Positions 1-8,813 of a DNA stretch of 64,000 bases are shown here, one piece after another. Each line of letters begins with the position of its first letter. Within the stretch, counting starts at the first letter, position 1. The notes beneath the pieces are model-generated. The model saw nothing but the letters and a program-made list of their open reading frames with translations, did no database searches and was not told the DNA's origin. Position numbers and translations under genes: made by a program. This stretch comes from Candidatus Woesearchaeota archaeon (GTDB lineage: Archaea > Nanobdellota > Nanobdellia > SCGC-AAA011-G17 > UBA489): the NCBI GenBank assembly GCA_964366415.1, contig CAYITG010000001.1, positions 583,663 to 647,662 on the forward strand, given 5' to 3'.

Positions 1-1
1 A

Positions 2-310
2 CAGGGAAAAGGATGCAAGGGAAGACATCTTATTATCCAGGTATTTGAAGGTGAGCCTTATGGAACTTATTCTTATAAACCTCATCTTCGACCAATTATT
101 CTTTTTAATCGTGAAGATCAAATCTTTGATGAAAATCTTGCTGATGTTTCTGCTACATTTACTCTTCCCTCTTTTGAAAAATTGCGCACTTATTATTTTA
201 AAATTGATGTTGAGCCAGGATCGTTCATTGTTCTTCCCAAAAATTATGATGATTGGGTTACTACTTCTCGTAATTCACTTACAGTGTGGGATGGTAGCTC
301 GCTCGGTTAA
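2..310 (+). CDS. 3' part of a hypothetical protein truncated by the window edge
   Basis: Frame 2 is open from base 2 to TAA at 308-310 (QGKGCKGRHLIIQVFEGEP...VWDGSSLG); codon style matches neighbours. Confidence 0.6.
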   Translation, partial: QGKGCKGRHLIIQVFEGEPYGTYSYKPHLRPIILFNREDQIFDENLADVSATFTLPSFEKLRTYYFKIDVEPGSFIVLPKNYDDWVTTSRNSLTVWDGSSLG

Positions 311-351
311 ATCCCAAACCTTTATAATAAAGCATTCTTTTGTTTCATCCT

Positions 352-528
352 ATGAAAGGAGGAGAAATCGAAATTCAGCAAATTATTTATTTTATTATTG
401 GCATTGTTGTTCTGGTTGCGCTGATTTACATCTTTAGAAGTCAAATCACTCAATTCTTAGATACCCTAAGCAGAATTGGCGGAGCTAAAAATGCAGTTCC
501 GCCCTTAGACACTGTTGTTGGAGGATAG
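352..528 (+). CDS. small pilin-like protein with class III signal peptide
   Basis: MKGG/EIEIQQIIYFIIGIVVLVAL; TATA-like TTTATAAT about 24 nt upstream of ATG 352. Confidence 0.65.
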   Translation: MKGGEIEIQQIIYFIIGIVVLVALIYIFRSQITQFLDTLSRIGGAKNAVPPLDTVVGG

Positions 529-531
529 CGC

Positions 532-1674
532 ATGGCATATAAACGCGGCCAGACTGAAACTCCTAGCTTTACTTTAGGATTGATTATTTCTTTGCTTATT
601 CTTCTTGCTTTAGGAATCATTGGCTATCAGATTGCACAAAAAAATGTTGATGTGCGAGCCCGTGTTGCTTTTACTGATTTTTTACATTACTATGCTAATT
701 GCACTTCTTATGGTGCGACCGATTGCTATTGTGAAACATTTGATTTATCTCTTATGCCTGGCGAGTATAGCATTCGAGTTGTTGACTTAGAATCAGACCA
801 GCTGGGGTTTGAACTTATAAAAGGAAATGATGTACGACAGAAGACATATACTCCCGGACAACAACTTTGTGCTTATCGTTACTCTTCAGAAGGTATGTTT
901 TATGCTGAACCACTCTCTTCACATATTTTCACACATCGCAAAGGAGAATCTTTACGAACTGCATTAATTCCTTTGCATAATAACACTTGTTTTGCAATTT
1001 CTTCTACGCCTTTTGCGTCAGCAGTCACTGCTGTTCTTGAACCTTTACACCGTAAAAAAACAAGTTGCGCGGCTACTCAATATTCTTCTTTGCCTCTTAC
1101 TTTTATTTATCATGAAGCATTAAACAGTGACCCTCGTATGTTTTCCCTTCTTGATACATTAGATCAACATCTTATTTCTTTTTCTCGTGTTTCGCTTTAC
1201 CATGATTATGGTGCTTCTTCTTATTATACTAATGAACGACTTTTTCGTGCCGCACCCAATCATAATTTTAGTTCCATGACTATCCTTTCTTTTGATTATT
1301 CGCGCAGTGATTTTCTGTATTCATTGGGAAAAACGACTCTAGATCATGTTATCATCCGTTATCTCAGCAACTCTCCTCAAAGCCTTTTATTAGCTCAGGC
1401 CTTCTCTGACGCTTTACAACCTCTCCCAATAACTCTCACATCTGTAGATGACGATGATGCACCCTCCATCATGTTCTGGGCCGATGATGATTCACCTCTT
1501 TATTCTCAACGACAATCCATCCCCGCAATATCTTTGGAATTTGTCGATGATGGTCAGGAACCTTATTTTCTTGATTATAAAGAAAGGACCTTAGCTCAAG
1601 CCATGTCTTCTGCCGTTTTAACCTCTTTAAGCACAATAACTGTTTTAGAAACAGAACCTCTTTTTCAAGAATAG
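532..1674 (+). CDS. class III signal peptide protein with C-terminal degenerate Amidase_3-like domain
   Basis: KRG/QTE plus hydrophobic helix; C-terminal SLLLAQAF, PAISLEF and LAQAMSSAV motifs. Confidence 0.6.
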   Translation: MAYKRGQTETPSFTLGLIISLLILLALGIIGYQIAQKNVDVRARVAFTDFLHYYANCTSYGATDCYCETFDLSLMPGEYSIRVVDLESDQLGFELIKGNDVRQKTYTPGQQLCAYRYSSEGMFYAEPLSSHIFTHRKGESLRTALIPLHNNTCFAISSTPFASAVTAVLEPLHRKKTSCAATQYSSLPLTFIYHEALNSDPRMFSLLDTLDQHLISFSRVSLYHDYGASSYYTNERLFRAAPNHNFSSMTILSFDYSRSDFLYSLGKTTLDHVIIRYLSNSPQSLLLAQAFSDALQPLPITLTSVDDDDAPSIMFWADDDSPLYSQRQSIPAISLEFVDDGQEPYFLDYKERTLAQAMSSAVLTSLSTITVLETEPLFQE

Positions 1675-1709
1675 TAAATGATTTAAACCTTGTTCCTTAT
1701 TAAGTTTTT

Positions 1710-1961
1710 ATGCAGAAGCACATGTTTCGAAAGGGACAGGGGGAGGTGTTAACTACTCTTCTTTTGTCAGAAATCATTGTTGTTCTTCTTGTTTTTGTTT
1801 CTTGGTATATGATTGTTGAAGACAAACAAGCCTTGCTGAAACATACTGATGTTGATCAACAATTAACACAACAGGCTTTACGCTCTTTGCCAAATGTTGT
1901 CCATGTTGAACGCACTGATGGCAAGCCAGTGATCATTCTTCCTTTAGGTGATGACTCATGA
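1710..1961 (+). CDS. pilin-like protein (class III signal peptide)
   Basis: RKG/QGEVLTTLLLSEIIVVLL. Confidence 0.7.
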   Translation: MQKHMFRKGQGEVLTTLLLSEIIVVLLVFVSWYMIVEDKQALLKHTDVDQQLTQQALRSLPNVVHVERTDGKPVIILPLGDDS

Positions 1962-2359
1962 AACAGGGAGCTTTTGATTTTGGGCACTATGTTCCTTATT
2001 TTCTTGTTGTTCTTCTTGTTAGTTTATTCTTGTATTTGACTATCTTTTACACTTTTGGAGAACAAGAAGTGACCATTCATCAACGTTCTCTTGATCTTGA
2101 AGATACTTTTCTTATTAATACTATGCTTCGTTGCTTTTCTGATCCTGAGACCCATGCATTTTCTTTATCTCGCTTTACTGATGCAACACTCGTGTTGTGT
2201 ACTACAAAAAATATCAAAGTTACTTACACTTTTGTTGGTGATGAAACTCGAGAACCAATTGTGATTGGAAATAAACAGTTGGAACAACCAGATATTCTCA
2301 GGAAAGAATATGTTGCTGACCCTGTTTCTCTCGGAGGAGTGTTAACCATTGCCTACTAA
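1958..2359 (+). CDS. pilin-like protein (class III signal peptide)
   Basis: MKQG/AFDF plus hydrophobic helix; ATGA overlap with upstream gene. Confidence 0.65.
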   Translation: MKQGAFDFGHYVPYFLVVLLVSLFLYLTIFYTFGEQEVTIHQRSLDLEDTFLINTMLRCFSDPETHAFSLSRFTDATLVLCTTKNIKVTYTFVGDETREPIVIGNKQLEQPDILRKEYVADPVSLGGVLTIAY

Positions 2360-2954
2360 ATTTTTACGACGAGGACAAGCGCAGCATTTATTCAATGACT
2401 TACTTCCCGGTATTATTCTTGTTATTCTTGGCGTTCTCTTACTTTCGTATGCAACCAGCAGTCAGGATAATATGATTCACCGCGATGTAGATGATCGATT
2501 ATGGGAAAACTATGGTGAACGACAATTGCTTCAGTTTTTACAAACACGTGTTCTTCATTTAGGAACGCATAAAGAAATATGGCAGATTTTATATGAAGCA
2601 CAGGATCATAATCTTCGTCGTGATGAAGACCCTGAAAACCATGGAGATTGGATTAAAACACCTCTTGAATTATCTGTAGCCGGATCTTATGATTATGGTA
2701 TATTATGGGGAGATGCTCTTTTAGTGCAGTTCACTGCTCCTTTGATTTTTGACCGCTTGTTTGAAGATTGGTATATCCTCATTAACTATCACCAATTCGA
2801 TTACTGGATACAGATTCATTATCAACAACGAACTTTGCGTGAGCAATGCTTACGACGTGGCGGACATGATCATTACGCTGATGTTGAGATTACAGGAGAA
2901 CGAGGTATGACTGTTCGTTTATATTATTGCATTGTTTCGGAGGCATCTTCATGA
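2349..2954 (+). CDS. pilin-like protein (class III signal peptide)
   Basis: RRG/QAQ plus hydrophobic helix; TTG start uncertain. Confidence 0.65.
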   Translation: MPTKFLRRGQAQHLFNDLLPGIILVILGVLLLSYATSSQDNMIHRDVDDRLWENYGERQLLQFLQTRVLHLGTHKEIWQILYEAQDHNLRRDEDPENHGDWIKTPLELSVAGSYDYGILWGDALLVQFTAPLIFDRLFEDWYILINYHQFDYWIQIHYQQRTLREQCLRRGGHDHYADVEITGERGMTVRLYYCIVSEASS

Positions 2955-3703
2955 ATAAACGTGGAACATTAGCCATACTCTTTTTAGGACTTGGATTCCT
3001 CGTCTTTGTTGGTTTAGTCTTTGCTGGCAAAATAGCTCCTAAAGACAATTACGTTGGGAAAACTGCAATAGAACTTTATTTAGGATCTGAACAACTCCAT
3101 CATATTCTTTATCTTCATCGTATTGCCGGTACTTTAGCGCTTGATGAAGCTCTTATCCAACACACGATAACTGGACGTGAACCTTGCCTTGTTGAAACTG
3201 TTCGTCTTTGGGATCATGACCGATGTCGGTTTACTTCCAAAACTTTGCTTTCATCTTATTTAACTTTCTTCGATCTTTCTTTTTCCCATCATTTACAAAC
3301 TCTTCTTTTATCCTTAAATATTACTTTTCCATCTTATACTTATCGCTTTACTGATGATATTCTGCACGTGCAATCTTCACAACCTCTGACCTATCACATG
3401 CTTGGCTTTCAATATACTATGCCTATATCTCTTGAACTTCGCCACGATACTTTAGGATCTTATCTTCAGAGGTATCAACGCATTTATGAAACTGTTACTC
3501 TGCGTGCACCTTGCTTGTTGCAACAACAAGACCTTAACTCTTGCTTCTCTCAAAAAGATTTTACTATTCATGTTGAACAACGCGATGATTACCTTTTCTT
3601 TACTGCACAAGAACTTTCATCGTTACGCAATATAGAGATTCGTTTTGCAATACCTTTAAATAGCCTCGATGAGTTATCGAGCACAGAACATATCTCTTTT
3701 TGA
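2951..3703 (+). CDS. pilin-like protein (class III signal peptide)
   Basis: MNKRG/TLAILFLGLGFLVFVG; ATGA overlap at 2951. Confidence 0.65.
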   Translation: MNKRGTLAILFLGLGFLVFVGLVFAGKIAPKDNYVGKTAIELYLGSEQLHHILYLHRIAGTLALDEALIQHTITGREPCLVETVRLWDHDRCRFTSKTLLSSYLTFFDLSFSHHLQTLLLSLNITFPSYTYRFTDDILHVQSSQPLTYHMLGFQYTMPISLELRHDTLGSYLQRYQRIYETVTLRAPCLLQQQDLNSCFSQKDFTIHVEQRDDYLFFTAQELSSLRNIEIRFAIPLNSLDELSSTEHISF

Positions 3704-3721
3704 TTTAGGATGTGACTGCCA

Positions 3722-4726
3722 ATGATGGGCTATCGTTTTGAAGATATTGTCAAAAGAATCAATGAAGAAAAAGGCATTGACATTGAAGAAATAGAGCGCC
3801 GCGTTAAACAAAAACTTGACAAACTGAGTGGACTTATTAGCAAAGAAGGTGCTGCATATATTGTGGCCAATGAACTTGGTGTTGATCTCATTTCTAGTAT
3901 GAAGAAAAATGGCATTAAGATTGCCCAAGTGATGCCTGGCATGCGCAACATTACTATTGTTGGGAGCGTTGTCAAAGATTATGGCATTAAAACATTCCAA
4001 AAAGAGGGACGCGACGGAAGAGTTTCTAGTTTTCTTGTTGGTGATGAAAGCGGCGTGATTCGTGTCGTTGTATGGGACACTGAATTGATCAATAAAATGG
4101 AGGCGCATAAATTTTCTGAAGGGTGCACTCTTCGCGTCAGTGATGGTTTCATTAAAGAAAATAATGGCTATCTTGAAATGCATTTAGGCAATAGGAGTTT
4201 GTTAGAAGTTAATCCTTCTGGTGTTGAAGTGAAGGCTATTCCGTATGGAGAGATGCAAAAACCAAGCTATCAACGCAAAGCCATTCGCGACTTACATGAA
4301 AGCGAAGCTGCTCGTTTGGTTGGCACTGTTGTTCAAGTCTTTGATATACGTTTTTATGAAGGATGCCCTGTCTGTGGAAGAAAATTAGAAAATGGATGCA
4401 GAGAGCATGGCAATGTCAGCAGCGCCATGGTTCCTATTTTGAATTTTTACCTGGATGATGGCACAGGCAATATACCTATTGTTGTCTTTCGTGACCTTGT
4501 TTCTAAAACCTTGAATGTGGCGCCGGATGTTATCGCGCAGTTCCATACTAATCCTCAAAACTTTACTTCTGTCAAACAAGACTTTTTAGGAAAGCAGCTT
4601 ATGCTTGGCGGAAAAGTTCAGAAAAACATTCTCTTTGACCGCTTAGAATTAATTGCAAACACTGTGGAAGAAGCTAATCCAGATGTTTTACTGAAAGAAT
4701 TTTCAGATGATCATCCTTCTTCCTAA
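3722..4726 (+). CDS. rpa: replication protein A (OB-fold ssDNA-binding protein with Zn finger)
   Basis: GLISKEGAAYIVANELG N-terminus, OB motifs VGDESGVIRVVVWD and LDDGTGNI, CPVC..C..H. Confidence 0.85.
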   Translation: MMGYRFEDIVKRINEEKGIDIEEIERRVKQKLDKLSGLISKEGAAYIVANELGVDLISSMKKNGIKIAQVMPGMRNITIVGSVVKDYGIKTFQKEGRDGRVSSFLVGDESGVIRVVVWDTELINKMEAHKFSEGCTLRVSDGFIKENNGYLEMHLGNRSLLEVNPSGVEVKAIPYGEMQKPSYQRKAIRDLHESEAARLVGTVVQVFDIRFYEGCPVCGRKLENGCREHGNVSSAMVPILNFYLDDGTGNIPIVVFRDLVSKTLNVAPDVIAQFHTNPQNFTSVKQDFLGKQLMLGGKVQKNILFDRLELIANTVEEANPDVLLKEFSDDHPSS

Positions 4727-4980
4727 TTTTCATGCCTTTTAATCCTTTTATTTCTTAAAGGGTAGTATATGATCCCAAAGATAAGAAATCCTGCGCCTAC
4801 AATAAATGATGCTATAACCACATATTTTATTGTATCGCCTTGATTTTCAAATAATTTCAGTAATGCCAATCCGAAAAGAAATGCTGCACCGGCTGTTCTG
4901 ATATGCGCTAACATTGTTCTTTCATTTGCCAGCAATGTGCGCTCAAGAGCAAGATTATTCAACACTCTTTTCTTTTTCAC
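4723..4980 (-). CDS. DUF202/YidH family membrane protein
   Basis: LALERTLLANERTMLAHIRT signature followed by TM helices. Confidence 0.85.
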   Translation of the reverse strand: MKKKRVLNNLALERTLLANERTMLAHIRTAGAAFLFGLALLKLFENQGDTIKYVVIASFIVGAGFLIFGIIYYPLRNKRIKRHEN

Positions 4981-5186
4981 AGTGTATACTTTCTTTTAGA
5001 CCCTCATAAATTTATCGTTTCTTTGTTTTTTCGGATTTCTTCTTTGTTTTTTATCATATTTTTTCTTTTTATGTTTCTCTTTCCGGTTTTTGATCCCAAG
5101 ACCTTATGAACACTTTGTTTTTGTTTTGCCTTATCACTGTTGGAGGTGCATTTATGTGCTGTAAAATCTATTTTGAACGAGCACTT

Positions 5187-5218
5187 CACTCGTCAAGTAC
5201 CCCCCGAGACTTTATAAA
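5187..5218 (+). promoter_or_regulatory. candidate operator (ACTCGTCAAGT) plus BRE/TATA of the radA operon
   Basis: 26 of 32 nt identical to 16891-16922 without gaps; ends in TTTATAAA. Confidence 0.65.
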
Positions 5219-5289
5219 GAAGGGTGGACTTTTATGTATTATCCCGTCAGGGGATACTGAAACAAAATCCGAACAGGAAGGTGATTTGT

Positions 5290-5547
5290 ATGGCAACTAA
5301 TATGCCCATTCATAAATTTAGAGCAGGCAATATCGAAGCTGCCGTCTGGAGTAATAAGAAAGATGTTGGGGGAGCCATTATGGAGTTTAAAACTGTTAGT
5401 TTAAGCAGAAGCTACCTCAAAAAAGGAGAAGACATGTGGAGAAGTGATGTTATTAATTTACGACGCAATGATCTCCAAAAAGTTATTTTAGTGATGCAAA
5501 AAGCTCAAGAACAATTACTTCTTACTGAGCGGGATGATGATGAATAA
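5290..5547 (+). CDS. small hypothetical protein coupled to radA, possible PC4-like ssDNA-binding fold
   Basis: AGGTGA SD; PIHKFRAGNIEAAVW...VSLSRSY...W pattern; acidic tail; TAATG overlap with radA. Confidence 0.7.
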   Translation: MATNMPIHKFRAGNIEAAVWSNKKDVGGAIMEFKTVSLSRSYLKKGEDMWRSDVINLRRNDLQKVILVMQKAQEQLLLTERDDDE

Positions 5548-6617
5548 TGCAAGCCCAAGAATATGAGACCAAGAATACTGAGAAAGCTGCTGAGAAACTA
5601 TCTAAAGTAGAACCGAAGAAAGAGCAGAGCGCTATAAAAGAAGAGAAGGTCGCAGCAAAGGAAGTGACAAAGGAATTACAGATTACCGATCTGCCAGGTG
5701 TTGGAGCAGCGACTGCCGAGAAATTAACCCAAGCAGGATTTGATTCTTTGCTTAGCATTGCTGTTGCTAGCCCGGGAGAGCTTGTTGAAGTTGCGGGTGT
5801 AACTGAAGCTGCCGCACGAAAAATTATCAATGCTGCACGTGAAAATTTGGCCATGGGTTTCGAAAGCGGAGATCTGCTCATGAAGAAGCGCGAGCAAATC
5901 CTTCGTATCTCTACTGGAAGCAAAGCTCTTGACGCTTTATTTGGCGGCGGCATTGAGAGCAATGGCATCACAGAATGTTATGGGCAGTATGGTGCTGGTA
6001 AATCTGCACTTGCGCATCAGCTTGCTGTCAATGTTCAACTGCCTAAAGAAAAGGGTGGAGTTAATGGCATGGCTGTCTGGTTAGATACAGAAAGTACGTT
6101 CAGACCTGAACGCGTCAAGCAGATTGCTGAAGCACAAGGCATGGATGTGCAAAAAACCTTAAAGAACATTCGTGTTGCACGCTGTTTCAATAGCGACCAT
6201 CAGATGTTGCTTGCTGAGAAGGTGGAAGATTTGATTAAGAAAGAGAACTTGCCTATCAAATTGCTTGTTGTTGATAGCTTGATGGGGCATTTTCGCTCTG
6301 ATTTTGTGGGACGAGGTATGCTTGCTGATCGACAACAGAAAATAAATAAACATATCCACGCCTTGCTGAAATTGGCAACAACATATGGCATAGTAGTGTA
6401 TGTTACGAATCAGGTTATGTCACGACCAGATGTCTTTTTTGGCGACCCGACAGAAGCTGTTGGCGGACATGTTGTTGCTCACGGCATGACAACGCGGACG
6501 TACCTTCGCAAAGGAAAGAAGGGAACACGTGTTGCTAAGATGATTGATTCTCCATACATGCCTGACGCAGAAGCTGCCTTCAGAATTACAGAAGGAGGAA
6601 TTAGGGATGCAGAGTAA
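5547..6617 (+). CDS. radA: DNA repair and recombination protein RadA
   Basis: N-terminal HhH LPGVGAATAEKL, Walker A GQYGAGKS, DTESTFRPER, Walker B LLVVDS, TNQV. Confidence 0.97.
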   Translation: MQAQEYETKNTEKAAEKLSKVEPKKEQSAIKEEKVAAKEVTKELQITDLPGVGAATAEKLTQAGFDSLLSIAVASPGELVEVAGVTEAAARKIINAARENLAMGFESGDLLMKKREQILRISTGSKALDALFGGGIESNGITECYGQYGAGKSALAHQLAVNVQLPKEKGGVNGMAVWLDTESTFRPERVKQIAEAQGMDVQKTLKNIRVARCFNSDHQMLLAEKVEDLIKKENLPIKLLVVDSLMGHFRSDFVGRGMLADRQQKINKHIHALLKLATTYGIVVYVTNQVMSRPDVFFGDPTEAVGGHVVAHGMTTRTYLRKGKKGTRVAKMIDSPYMPDAEAAFRITEGGIRDAE

Positions 6618-6634
6618 TTTTTCCCTTTTTCCTT

Positions 6635-6720
6635 ATGGCAAGTGATCTTACACGCGGCATTAAAGTAAGCGACTTGGCACGATGGGAATGGTGCAACGAA
6701 GAAGCTTACTTGCGATGTCA
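6635..6720 (+). pseudogene. possible N-terminal remnant of a Cas4/Exo5-like nuclease
   Basis: IKVSDLARWEWCNEEAYLR resembles the first Cys motif of Cas4-like nucleases; the frame runs into the antisense tRNA. Confidence 0.3.
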
Positions 6721-6740
6721 TTTTTTCATCATAGAAAATA

Positions 6741-6814
6741 CGGGCAGGCGAGGATTTGAACCCCGATTACAACCTTCGCAGGGTTGTGTTCTATCCAAGT
6801 TAAACTACCCGCCC
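6741..6814 (-). tRNA. tRNA-Arg(GCG)
   Basis: GGGCGGG acceptor stem, anticodon arm CAACC-CTGCGAA-GGTTG, T-loop GTTCAAATC; no intron, no encoded CCA. Confidence 0.95.
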
Positions 6815-6871
6815 AGTGTGGTTTGTGAGTTTGGAGGAAGGTTTATAAATCTCTCTTTCAGGCTTCTGTTT

Positions 6872-7045
6872 ATGAAAGGCACTATTACTTGCATTAGCTG
6901 TCATAAACCACTTACCAATAGCCAGGGTAGTACGATCTTTTCTTGCCCTCAATGTGGAAAAACACAGATTGTTCGTTGTTATGCCTGTAGACAGATTGCG
7001 GCCCGTTATGAATGTCCAGAATGTCAGTTTAGTGGGCCTAACTAA
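6872..7045 (+). CDS. DUF1610 (HVO_2753-like) double Zn-ribbon protein
   Basis: CISC..FSCPQCG..RCYACR..YECPECQFSGP; TATA at about 6842; family usually lies next to EF-1beta. Confidence 0.9.
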   Translation: MKGTITCISCHKPLTNSQGSTIFSCPQCGKTQIVRCYACRQIAARYECPECQFSGPN

Positions 7046-7848
7046 TTCTTGAATTGCGATAATGTTTGTTGTTGTTTTATTTCTTTTAGCTGTTGCTTCA
7101 TATGATCAAAAATAGGAGTTGCGATGTATCCTTGCTCCATACTTCCTAAAACCGCATATTTTTCTGGATGTGACCAGCAATAATAAGCAATATATCCGCA
7201 GAAGACAGCGTCGATGACGTCTTCGAATTCTTTTTGCTTCTTAGGCGTTAGTTTTGTTATGTTTGTTGACAGTAATTCTGATGAAATGTTCACTGATGGC
7301 TTTGCTTCTTTTAATGCTGCAAGAAGGTCGAGATATCTCTGGAATTCTTTTTGTTGTGTTTTCTTGTCTCTATTTGGCTTTGTTTTGTATTGTAATATTT
7401 TTTGAAGATTGAAGAGCACCACCATCGATGGATGCGGGTACACTTCGAATACTTTTCGTACTTGTTCATATTGTTTTATGTATGGATTATGGTCAAATCC
7501 TTGCTGAACAAGATATTTTGTTAACACTTCTCCACGAATTGTTCCTGACCATTGACTGAGACGTTTTCTGTTTGATGGATGAGCACCAGCATTGTATTTT
7601 CTAAATAACAAGCCAACAACTCTTTCTGCTTCTCTTCTTCCTTCTTCATTGGGAACAATTAAAGGAGCATCAATTGCTATAAGTGCATCTTTTGTATTCA
7701 CATATTGTTTAATGATGGTAAGGATTTCTTCATCTGTTTGTACAGCTGTTGCATATGCGAGCGTTGCTTTCTTTTGATTGCCTTCAAAAATGGAGACTCC
7801 CGTTTTATTTCTTGGTGACCATGCAAGATCGATACCTACGAAGAACAT
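7042..7848 (-). CDS. DUF429 family predicted nuclease (RNase H-like fold)
   Basis: FVGIDLAWS, IAIDAPL, FEVYPHP, EDVIDA motifs; GGAGG SD. Confidence 0.85.
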   Translation of the reverse strand: MFFVGIDLAWSPRNKTGVSIFEGNQKKATLAYATAVQTDEEILTIIKQYVNTKDALIAIDAPLIVPNEEGRREAERVVGLLFRKYNAGAHPSNRKRLSQWSGTIRGEVLTKYLVQQGFDHNPYIKQYEQVRKVFEVYPHPSMVVLFNLQKILQYKTKPNRDKKTQQKEFQRYLDLLAALKEAKPSVNISSELLSTNITKLTPKKQKEFEDVIDAVFCGYIAYYCWSHPEKYAVLGSMEQGYIATPIFDHMKQQLKEIKQQQTLSQFKN

Positions 7849-7895
7849 TTCCTCCACCCGATAATCTTAAAAACTGACTTTCTTCCTCCCTTTCT

Positions 7896-8171
7896 ATGGG
7901 AACAGTCCTTATCACTTATAAAATTATGCCTGAGAGCTCAGATGTTGACTTGAATAATTTTGAAACTGAAATAAAAAGCAAGATTGAGGGTTTTGGGGGA
8001 CGCATACTTGACACCCGGGAAGAAGAGATTGCCTTTGGCTTGAAGGCGTTGAAAGTTATTTTTGCTTTAGATGAGAAAAAAGGAGACACTGAACCTTTAG
8101 AAATAGAATTACAAGGTCTGCACTATATCCAAAGCGTTGAGGTGGTGGATGTGCGGAGGCAAATTGGATAA
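7896..8171 (+). CDS. ef1b: elongation factor 1-beta
   Basis: KIMPESSDVDL...EEIAFGLKAL. Confidence 0.95.
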   Translation: MGTVLITYKIMPESSDVDLNNFETEIKSKIEGFGGRILDTREEEIAFGLKALKVIFALDEKKGDTEPLEIELQGLHYIQSVEVVDVRRQIG

Positions 8172-8813
8172 ATGGCACAAGATACACCTTTAACCGAGCA
8201 ACATATCAAAGAATTGAATGACATTGCCAGATTGCCACCGGAACAACAGCAACAACGTTTACAAACTTTCTTGAAAACTTTAACACCTGAACAGATTGAT
8301 TTCTTGAAAAAACAACAAGGCGGAGAATGTTTGTTTTGTTCTCTTGCTGATGGAAAGATTCCTTCTAAGAAAATCTATGAAGATAGTGCTTATTTAGCCG
8401 TCTTGGATATCAAACCAGCTTCGAAGGGACATGTGCTCTTGTTCCCTAAGAAACATTACCAACTTTTGGGGCAAATGAGCGATGAAGAAACTGGAAAACT
8501 TTTTGTTCTTGCCAATAAACTAAGCAGAGTTGTTTTTGAAACAGTGAAAGCAGAAGGAACGAATATCCATCTTGCCAACGGCGGAGCTGCTGGGCAGACC
8601 ATGCCGCATGTTGTTGTTCACATTATTCCCCGATGGAAGAATGACCACGTTGGGTTTTTTTGGGAAGGACAGAAGATTGATGAACAGGAGATGAATGCTC
8701 TTCATGCTCAAATGATTCAACTTGTTCCGCAACTTCTAGCTCCACCGAAAGAAGAGATTAAAAAAGAAACGCCCGCAGTTGTTTCATGGAATGAAAAGAA
8801 AAGAATACCTTAA
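8172..8813 (+). CDS. HIT family hydrolase with N-terminal helical extension
   Basis: CLFC, GHVLLFPKKH, AGQTMPHVVVHIIPR (the middle triad His appears replaced by Val). Confidence 0.85.
   Translation: MAQDTPLTEQHIKELNDIARLPPEQQQQRLQTFLKTLTPEQIDFLKKQQGGECLFCSLADGKIPSKKIYEDSAYLAVLDIKPASKGHVLLFPKKHYQLLGQMSDEETGKLFVLANKLSRVVFETVKAEGTNIHLANGGAAGQTMPHVVVHIIPRWKNDHVGFFWEGQKIDEQEMNALHAQMIQLVPQLLAPPKEEIKKETPAVVSWNEKKRIP

Noticed and set aside
45-437. 130-aa ORF in the track
   Set aside because: Shadow frame overlapping the better-supported 2-310 and 352-528 ORFs
3814-3824. ACTTGACAAAC as another copy of the repair box
   Set aside because: Inside the rpa coding region, two mismatches, no TATA at the expected spacing
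4985-5186. T-rich tract and short ORFs 5004-5189 and 5106-5300
   Set aside because: Low-complexity intergenic sequence overlapping the radA promoter; no recognisable protein or RNA structure
6635-7045. 136-aa ORF from the track as a single gene
   Set aside because: It reads through the antisense tRNA-Arg; the real Zn-ribbon gene starts at 6872 with its own TATA
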